Shown one piece after another: positions 57,560 to 64,000 of a stretch of DNA of 64,000 bases (positions are counted from its first letter, which is position 1; every line of letters starts with the position of its first letter). The position numbers were made by a program, and so were the translations under genes. Location of the stretch: contig CAWGVS010000001.1 in the NCBI GenBank assembly GCA_963826115.1, positions 1-64,000 of the forward strand, given 5' to 3'. Below the pieces are notes generated by a model. The model was given only the letters and a program-made list of their open reading frames with translations. It was not told where the DNA came from and did not search any database. This DNA comes from an uncultured Candidatus Rokubacteria bacterium. GTDB taxonomy: Bacteria > Methylomirabilota > Methylomirabilia > Rokubacteriales > DASRDR01.

Positions 57560-57961
57560 ATGAAACGTGCATGGATGGCGGTAGGCGCCTCGCTTCTGGC
57601 GCTCGCGCTGAGTCTGGGCGCCGCGTCGGCCGACTGGAAGACGAAGGCGGCCAGGACGACGGTGGGCAACCTCGCCCGGGATGGCATCGAGCACGGGGCG
57701 AAGGACGCCGCGATGGACGCCGCGCTCGACGCGGCCGGCGTTCCGGATCCGCCGAAACTGGACCGCGACCGGCCCGCCGCGGCGCGGAATCGGGTCGACG
57801 ATGCCAGGGACGACCGAGATCGATCGGGAATCGGGTCGGCGGCCGGAGAAGGTCTCGGGGCAGCAATGACCGTGGCCGACGTGGGATCGAGCATCGAGAA
57901 CACGATGGCCCTGGCCGACGCCACCAAGAGAGCCAATAGGGTTCGCAAGGCCGTCAGATGA
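57560..57961 (+). CDS. Secreted hypothetical protein
   Basis: GGAGG RBS; signal peptide ending AASA. Confidence 0.6.
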   Translation: MKRAWMAVGASLLALALSLGAASADWKTKAARTTVGNLARDGIEHGAKDAAMDAALDAAGVPDPPKLDRDRPAAARNRVDDARDDRDRSGIGSAAGEGLGAAMTVADVGSSIENTMALADATKRANRVRKAVR

Positions 57962-57975
57962 GAGGAGGCGGAATC

Positions 57976-58398
57976 GTGAGTAGTCGGGTGCACACGGACA
58001 CGTCGGGGAAGCTCGCGGCGGGCCTCTTGCTCGCCTGCGTCATGTCGGTCGCGGCCCACGCCCAGCCGGCAACTCAGCCGGCGAAGACCGCGCAGCAGAC
58101 GCCGCCCGCCAAGACGGCCGTCAAGTACAAGACCGAGGATGTTCTGCCGGTCACCTGCGCGCAGGCGCGGGTTCAGTCCGGCAAGGGCTATCCGGGCATG
58201 CTCGCGATCGTGCGGACGCTCGCCAAGGTCTCGCTGGGGAACCGGAACCTGACGTTCCCCAACACGCGCGAAGCGGGCATGGACGCCGGCAGGGGGATCG
58301 CCGAGGACTGCAAGGCCGACCCGAACGGGCTGCTGTTCGCCTTCGTCGACAAGCACGTTCGTCGCGTCGCCGAGGCAGCCGCTCGCTCGGGCCAGTAG
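57976..58398 (+). CDS. Secreted protein, possibly HdeA/HdeB-like
   Basis: Signal ending AHA-Q; VTC...DCKADP..LL...VD two-Cys pattern; start 57958 or 57976. Confidence 0.5.
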   Translation: MSSRVHTDTSGKLAAGLLLACVMSVAAHAQPATQPAKTAQQTPPAKTAVKYKTEDVLPVTCAQARVQSGKGYPGMLAIVRTLAKVSLGNRNLTFPNTREAGMDAGRGIAEDCKADPNGLLFAFVDKHVRRVAEAAARSGQ

Positions 58399-58431
58399 CG
58401 GCCGTCGTCGCTTCCGAGGAGCCCGCGACCG

Positions 58432-58662
58432 CTAGAACACGAGCACGTAGACTCCGCCGTTGGCGTGGGACCATCCCGCGCCATCGAAGAGCTTGGTCAG
58501 AACCCCCACCTGACTTGGCGTCGCCCCCGCGAAGCTCACCCCGACATTGACGCCTCCGGTCTTGGCCGCCGTGTTGGGGTCGACCGGCGTGACCTGGAAG
58601 AAGCGCTGCCGCACGGGAAATCCGAACTCGATGGTGCGATCGCCCAAGCCATGAGTGGTCAC
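58432..58662 (-). pseudogene. C-terminal fragment of an unknown beta-rich protein
   Basis: Coding-like stretch ending GGVYVLVF-stop; no convincing start or RBS. Confidence 0.35.
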
Positions 58663-58694
58663 GGTGACGCGGCACGGTGCAGTGTAGGCGTCAG

Positions 58695-58772
58695 GTCCTC
58701 GTCACGGCACTCGGGATCAACCTCCTGGGCGACGGTCTCCGAGACACTCTCGACCCGCGGCTCAAGGTCTAG
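58695..58772 (+). pseudogene. 3' fragment of an OppC/DppC ABC permease gene
   Basis: VLVTALGINLLGDGLRDTLDPRLKV-stop (NLLGDGLRD-x-LDPR signature) with no upstream body. Confidence 0.75.
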
Positions 58773-59040
58773 CCTCCGGCCCGCTGCCCGGGCCGCGCGG
58801 TTCTGGCGAGCGGAACCGAGCTCCTCCAACCCCGCTTGTAAACGCCGGACGAGATCGCCCGGCTCGTCGACGCGGCCAATGACCGTCTCCGGGCCCGAGG
58901 TCCGGAGATCGCCGCCGAGCCGGAACGGGGGTGGACCACACTCCAGTAGGTCCGCCACCGCCCCCACGCGTCGCAGCGGCTCCGCACCGGGCAGTCCTGG
59001 CAATGCCAGCCGACGCGCGGCCGCACGCAGCCGCAACCAG

Positions 59041-59075
59041 CAACAAAAACGGGGTTACAGCGTGCGCTGTAACCC
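59041..59075 (-). terminator. Intrinsic terminator
   Basis: GGGTTACAGCG/CGCTGTAACCC inverted repeat followed by TTTTTGTTG on the minus strand. Confidence 0.65.
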
Positions 59076-59230
59076 GTGATCTGCTCGGTTGCGGGGGGGC
59101 GCTTCGGATGGTGGGCGAACCGCTGGTATTCCGGCTAGTGCTCGACCTAGCACCGCTGCCACGCCACCGGAAGAATGCAACCGGGCATACCCCCAAGAAC
59201 CGCGGCTAAGCCGTGATCACGCTTTCGCCA

Positions 59231-59277
59231 CCTATTCAGTAACTTGCACATGGGATAGCTCCGAAGCAACGCAGGGC
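59231..59277 (+). repeat. About 47-bp imperfect direct repeat, copy 1 (att-like)
   Basis: cctattcagtaacttgcacatgggatagctccgaagcaacgcagggc; copy 2 at 61501. Confidence 0.85.
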
Positions 59278-59450
59278 TCACACTTCACAGTCCTTCGCGC
59301 GATCGGACGCGAGTTCAGCAACCGGGCTCAAACGGCGCTTTCAGCCTTGAGAGGGCGGAACGACCACTACGATGGCTGACTGACGAGACGGTTGCCACCC
59401 GCGGTTGCCACGGAGCCCTTGAGTGGGAAGCTTCTCACCCTATTTCGATG

Positions 59451-61184
59451 TCAGGAGCCTCCGAGCGCTTGAACTGGCAGGCGCTCGTAGATCGAGTGGA
59501 CGTCCGTCCCGTGGAATCGGGCGACGTGATTGGTCGGCGGCAGGGCCTCCTCGTAGAAGAACTGCGGCAGCTCGTCGTCGCGCGCCGTGAAACCTGCCTG
59601 CCGATTGAACTCGTGCTCGAGGCGGAGCGTCTCCCGGCCCAGGGCCTCGAAGAACTCCTTGGTCAGGCTCGTCGCGTGGGCCGCGTTGATGGTGGTCGCC
59701 AGAAACTCCGTATTGGGGTTGGTGACGCTCTGGCCGAAGATGCAGAGCCCGAGCGAGTCGTTGGCGGCCACGCGCGTCTGCTGGAGGAGGCTCTGGCTCA
59801 GGAGCGCGTCGAGGTCCATCTCACGCGTCTTGAGACGCGGCAGGTTGCCGGCCGTATGGTCGGCGCCCTGGGCTGTCACCATCATGGTGATGCCGGTGGC
59901 CTCCACCACACGGGGGTCGTAGGCGCTGATGGCCTGGCGCTTGATGACGGGCGTCCGCCGCACGTTGTAGTGGGCCCCCACGCGTGCCGTACCCTGGGCC
60001 CAGATGCGCCCCTTCTCCGTTCCCCGGGCGATGTCGCCGAGAACGTCGGCCATGAATTTCGCGTCTCCGAAGGCGCCGAGGCCCGCCTCCATCAAGACGG
60101 CCAGCGTCGCGCCCGTTTCGATCGTGTCGACACCCAGGTCGTTGCAGATGAAGTTGAGCTGGGCGAGGTCGTCGGGCTCGGTGAGACCGCAGTTCGAGCC
60201 GAGGAGCCCCAGGGTCTCGTACTCGACCGGCGAGACGACTTCCTTGCCGCTCGCGTCGTGGTACACGTTGCTGCACTGGATGACGCAGCCGGGCATGCAC
60301 GCGTGGGTCTGCTCGCCGCCGCGAGACGTGTTGAGGGGGCCGATGTGGTCGGCGCCCAGCTTGAACGTCTCGCCGGCAGCGGTGTCCGCGAGCCGCCCGG
60401 CGCTGAAGTTCCGGACCGGCAAACCGCCCATGTGATTCTGGACGTCGGCCATGCCCATGGTCCCGAGCTTTGCGTAAAAGTTCTCCACGATGCTATCGGC
60501 CTGCAGCATCTTGGCGTAGTCTTTGATCGCAGCGGTGACCTTCCGGCTGTCGTGGAACGGCGGGATCCGGTCGAGGTCGAGCACGATGGCCTTGACCCGC
60601 TTGGTGCCCATCACCGCGCCGACGCCGCCGCGCGCTGCGAGGCGCGACGGACGGCGATCCTTGTCGCTGAAGGTGATGCCGGCGATCAGGCCCCCGTACT
60701 CACCCACCGGGCCGCACAGCCCGAGGGCGACCTTCTTGCCGTAGCGGGCATGCAGCATCTCGGCGGCGTGGAAGTTCCCCTTGCCGAGGTACGGCGCGGC
60801 GTCGTCGAAGTCGAGGCCACCGTCCTTGCGGAAGTGGAGGACCACCCAGTCTGGCGCCGCGCCGGAGAGCGTGAAGCCGGAGATGCCGAGCTGACCTAGT
60901 CCGTAGCTGAAGGTCCCGCCGCCGTTCGCCTCCTTGATGCCGCCCGTCAAGGGGCTCTTGCAGCCGACGCTGGTCCGGTTCGCGTTGGAGAACGACGTCC
61001 CCGCAAACGGGCCCGCCGAGAAGATGAGCGGGTTCGCGGGTGAGAGTGGGTCGACCTTCGCCGTGCCCCGCTCGAGGAGGGTCCGGGCGATGAGGTAGCG
61101 GCCCGCTCTGACGATCTCCTCCCCTTGCAGCTCCCTCTTCGTGACGGTGCGACTGGTCAGATCGATCTCGTAGTACGTGCGCAT
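59451..61184 (-). CDS. aor: Aldehyde:ferredoxin oxidoreductase (W-pterin AOR family)
   Basis: KSPLTGGIKEANGGG, AARGGVGAVMGTKRVKAI, ACMPGCVIQC, EYET, DSLGLC; GAGGGAGG RBS. Confidence 0.9.
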   Translation of the reverse strand: MRTYYEIDLTSRTVTKRELQGEEIVRAGRYLIARTLLERGTAKVDPLSPANPLIFSAGPFAGTSFSNANRTSVGCKSPLTGGIKEANGGGTFSYGLGQLGISGFTLSGAAPDWVVLHFRKDGGLDFDDAAPYLGKGNFHAAEMLHARYGKKVALGLCGPVGEYGGLIAGITFSDKDRRPSRLAARGGVGAVMGTKRVKAIVLDLDRIPPFHDSRKVTAAIKDYAKMLQADSIVENFYAKLGTMGMADVQNHMGGLPVRNFSAGRLADTAAGETFKLGADHIGPLNTSRGGEQTHACMPGCVIQCSNVYHDASGKEVVSPVEYETLGLLGSNCGLTEPDDLAQLNFICNDLGVDTIETGATLAVLMEAGLGAFGDAKFMADVLGDIARGTEKGRIWAQGTARVGAHYNVRRTPVIKRQAISAYDPRVVEATGITMMVTAQGADHTAGNLPRLKTREMDLDALLSQSLLQQTRVAANDSLGLCIFGQSVTNPNTEFLATTINAAHATSLTKEFFEALGRETLRLEHEFNRQAGFTARDDELPQFFYEEALPPTNHVARFHGTDVHSIYERLPVQALGGS

Positions 61185-61225
61185 CGAACCTCCCTCATCA
61201 CTCTGACGGGTGTGCGTCGGATCGC

Positions 61226-61474
61226 TCATTCACGGCTGGCCTGCGGCGGGCATGAGCCCAGAGCCCACCGCTCCCGTGGGACGCCGCTCCCCGACATCGT
61301 ACCAGGACACGCGGCCCGGGAGGTAATCAGGGAGGCGAGCTGGACCATGAGCCGCAGCCACACATCGAGCAGCGCATCCTCGATGACCTCATCGAACGCC
61401 CAGTTGTCGAAGATCTCGATCAGCGCGGGATCCGTAACCCTCAGGGTCGACGGGTGGTCGAAGAAGAAGCGCAT
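61226..61474 (-). pseudogene. N-terminal fragment of a carboxymuconolactone decarboxylase family gene
   Basis: TDPALIEIFDNWAFDEV....LD...RLMVQLASLI, then similarity is lost. Confidence 0.55.
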
Positions 61475-61500
61475 CGTGGTTGCGCTGCCGCGTGGCTAAT

Positions 61501-61548
61501 CCTATTCCAGTAACTTGCACATGCGGTAGCTCCGAAGCAACGTAGGGC
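61501..61548 (+). repeat. About 48-bp imperfect direct repeat, copy 2 (att-like)
   Basis: cctattccagtaacttgcacatgcggtagctccgaagcaacgtagggc; 1 indel and 3 substitutions versus copy 1. Confidence 0.85.
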
Positions 61549-61770
61549 AAGCGGCCCTAGGGTCCTCGCTGAGCCTGCCCCTCTAGCCGGCCGTCCGCAC
61601 CCGTCCCCGCACAATTCCCGCACAACGGCATTCGCGGTGTCGGAGCATCCAGCGCGCGTTGTCCGGCAGGCGCCCGAGTGGGCAGAGGGACTGCAGGGAC
61701 CACAGGATATCAAGAGCATCGGCAATGCCCAACAGACGCCACGGGTCTCCCGCCGGTGCCGTCTCGCCGG

Positions 61771-62433
61771 CTACAACATGTTGATGGCGCGCGATGCGAC
61801 GATGATGATCGTAATGAGCGCGATCGTGCTTTGAAGCATCATCAGCATCTTGGCGCGAGGCGTCAGCGGCAGAGCATCGGTGGCGCTGAATGCCGTCGCC
61901 GTCGAGTATGCCAGGAACAGGTAGTCGAGGTACCTGGGCTCCCAGCCCGGCGACGCGTCCTCGGGTGCTCCCGCTTGCGGAAAGAGCCAGTCCGGCTTCA
62001 GGCTCAGGTTGTTCGCCCGAGCGAGCGAGCCGCCTCGATCGAGTTGCCAGTACAGCAACGAGAACGCGAGCACATTGACCACCCACAGCCCGATGGATGC
62101 AGCGAGAAGCGCGAGCCCGGTGATCTCCTTCGATTTGTACACGATCTCCGCGACTATGCGGCCCAGGCTCGCCAGGAGTCCGACCTCCACGACTCCGAAG
62201 AACAGAAAGGCCGTCGTCCTCTCGATGCGCAGCCACCGCGCCTTTGACGAGCTCAGCGCGACGGCAGCCATCGGGCCAAGCATTGCAAGCGTGACGATGT
62301 AGGGAAACCACGCTGGCAACAGCGACAGGCGGGGGTGCAGCGACGCGATCAGGAAGAGCACGGCGACGATCGCGAGCGCAGGGGGCCAGCGCGGCTCGAT
62401 CCGCGGCTCCTGGCCGGGTCCCACCGGGCTCAT
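61771..62433 (-). CDS. DUF1345 family membrane protein
   Basis: EPRWP, FSLLYWQLDRGG, WLFPQ, DYLFLAYSTATAFSATD..PLT..AKMLM. Confidence 0.8.
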   Translation of the reverse strand: MSPVGPGQEPRIEPRWPPALAIVAVLFLIASLHPRLSLLPAWFPYIVTLAMLGPMAAVALSSSKARWLRIERTTAFLFFGVVEVGLLASLGRIVAEIVYKSKEITGLALLAASIGLWVVNVLAFSLLYWQLDRGGSLARANNLSLKPDWLFPQAGAPEDASPGWEPRYLDYLFLAYSTATAFSATDALPLTPRAKMLMMLQSTIALITIIIVASRAINML

Positions 62434-62793
62434 CTGGGGCGCCTCGCTCTCGTCATCGCCGCACGAACTCCCGCGTGTCGCCGGACGGGCCGAGCCCGCG
62501 GCCGATCTGGACCGCGATCCCCCCAGGACCACCGAGCGTCATACGGGGCCCGCCGCGGCGTCCACCTCCCGATGCTCGCGAGCGCATCGTCGTCTGCGAC
62601 AGCCGCCGCATCGACACGCTCATCGTCCTCCCCGCTGTGCTCTGTCGCACTTCGTGTGGGTGGGTCTCCATCGGGCGCGGACGGTCCAAGCACGCTGGCT
62701 GCGATCCAAGGTCCCGCGACGCGCCGGGCGATCCGGGCCCACTGGGCGCGGAGGGAGACCACAGCCGCGAGCCCGACCAGAAGGCATGTTCCG

Positions 62794-63150
62794 CTACGTC
62801 GTCGTCTCCTTGTCCGATGCCCGAGTCAACAGCGCCGTCATGATCGCGTGCAGGCCGACCGCCGGCCACAGGAGGACGCCGGTCGACCCGCCCACGAAAC
62901 CCACATAGGCGAGATACAGCGTGATGGCCGCGCTGTACGTCAGCATGCCGATCCGCGGCGGACCGGGCCAGCAGGCGATCCCCAGAGCGATCAGGGCGAT
63001 GCCGGTCACGCGCGCCACCACCATGGCCATGCCGGTCAACTCGGCGCCGAACAGCACTTGCCCCACCATCGACGGAGCGAGCAGCAACACCGCTCCCGTC
63101 GCGGCTTCACTGACAGCAGCAAGCCCCAACACCGTCTTCAACCCGTCCAT
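62794..63150 (-). CDS. Small four-TM membrane protein
   Basis: EAATGAVLLLAP, GIALIALGIACWP, LWPAVGLH hydrophobic segments. Confidence 0.7.
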   Translation of the reverse strand: MDGLKTVLGLAAVSEAATGAVLLLAPSMVGQVLFGAELTGMAMVVARVTGIALIALGIACWPGPPRIGMLTYSAAITLYLAYVGFVGGSTGVLLWPAVGLHAIMTALLTRASDKETTT

Positions 63151-63192
63151 CTCGTGCCTTCGCGAGCTCCGGTCCGAAATGGCCGAACGCCG

Positions 63193-64000
63193 CTAGGGCT
63201 TCGTCGGGTCGAGCTTGATGGTCAGCTTGGTGATCTTCCCGGTGAACTTGAACGGCGGATCGTAGCGATACTCCACCAGCGCCACGCCGGTCCGCGTGTC
63301 CAGGCCGACATCGAAGGTTTCGTCCTCCGGGAACGTGACGGGCGTGGTGTGCTCCAGGGTATTCCTGGCCACTTCCTTGCCGTCCACGTAGAGCACCCCC
63401 GTCCCTCCCTTGCCCAACCCTGGCCCTTCGGACTTGAACTCGAACACGATCGCGTGCTTGCCAGCCTTCAGCTCGGGCCCTTCCCACGTCGTGCGCTTCA
63501 GGTCCAGCAGGTTGTAGAGGAACACCGGCCGGCTCCGGCCGATGCCCAATTCGCCCTTGCTCAGGAACAAGCCGTAGCCCCCGAAGCGTCCGCCCTCGGT
63601 CACGATCATGCCGTCGGCGCCGCCTTCGGGGATCTCGACCTCTGCGGTGATGGTGTAGGACTTGTTGAGGATGCTCGGCGCCGCGCTCTTCGGCGTACCG
63701 GCGAGCTCGCCCGAATACGTGAACGCCGTTCGTCCCCCCGTGAGGTCCGGGCGCGGCGTGTTCCACCGCGCGAGTGTCGAATTGTCGAGCGGCAGCACGT
63801 TGTACTTCTTCGCCTCGGAGTAGAAGAGGGCCTGCATCTCCTTGAGCTTCTTCGGCATCTTGGCCGCCAGGTCGTTGAACTGGGTGGGGTCGTCCTTCAC
63901 GTTGTACAGCTCCCAGCTGTACCCGGTGATCACGTCCGGAGGCGTCTTGGTGCTCAGCTCCCACGGGAGCGTCGCCGGCGTCGTGGCCGCCACCCACCCG
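63193..64000 (-). CDS. Arylsulfatase, C-terminal part (runs off the window)
   Basis: WELYNVKDDPTQFNDLA, EAKKYNVLPLD, GGRFGGYGL, DETFDVGLDT, PPFKFTGKI. Confidence 0.85.
   Translation of the reverse strand, partial: GWVAATTPATLPWELSTKTPPDVITGYSWELYNVKDDPTQFNDLAAKMPKKLKEMQALFYSEAKKYNVLPLDNSTLARWNTPRPDLTGGRTAFTYSGELAGTPKSAAPSILNKSYTITAEVEIPEGGADGMIVTEGGRFGGYGLFLSKGELGIGRSRPVFLYNLLDLKRTTWEGPELKAGKHAIVFEFKSEGPGLGKGGTGVLYVDGKEVARNTLEHTTPVTFPEDETFDVGLDTRTGVALVEYRYDPPFKFTGKITKLTIKLDPTKP

Noticed and set aside
59087-59230. Intact tRNA gene
   Set aside because: Only short 3'-end-like matches; no T-loop GTTCRA or cloverleaf could be built.
59231-61548. CRISPR array or integron attC cassette
   Set aside because: Only two copies 2.3 kb apart, with no spacer periodicity, no attC-type inverted core sites and no cas or intI gene.

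Overview
Very GC-rich bacterial DNA. The gene style fits a soil or sediment organism such as Rokubacteria/Methylomirabilota, but the taxon is an impression, not established. I see about 55 credible CDS and no rRNA, intact tRNA or CRISPR array; most long overlapping ORFs in the track are antisense shadows. The window holds an orphan tyrosine recombinase, msrA, two glycosyltransferase clusters (one with ACP, acyl-CoA ligase, acyltransferase and CmcI), sugar/amide catabolic genes, several flavoenzymes, and a decayed mosaic right end with att-like remnants around an aldehyde:ferredoxin oxidoreductase. Two loci stand out as candidate undescribed systems. (1) 22.2-26.7 kb: a sigma54-type promoter precedes a 105-aa protein with a duplicated FPxGIPxP[DE] motif, a radical SAM enzyme whose SPASM/twitch-like region lacks Cys ligands, a signal-less M43 metalloprotease and a Cys-tailed small protein. 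This looks like a RiPP or protein-modification system. (2) 38.4-47.6 kb: an RRE (PqqD) fused to its own leader-like tail, an HPr-kinase-like protein, two nucleotidyltransferases (one fused to a Cys-His peptidase domain), a soluble LCP protein, GT2s, MtgA and an amidase. These are lasso-peptide-type tailoring parts with no cyclase, embedded in cell-wall genes. Also notable is an avidin homolog with most biotin-binding residues substituted. All family calls come from visual motif recognition, not database searches.
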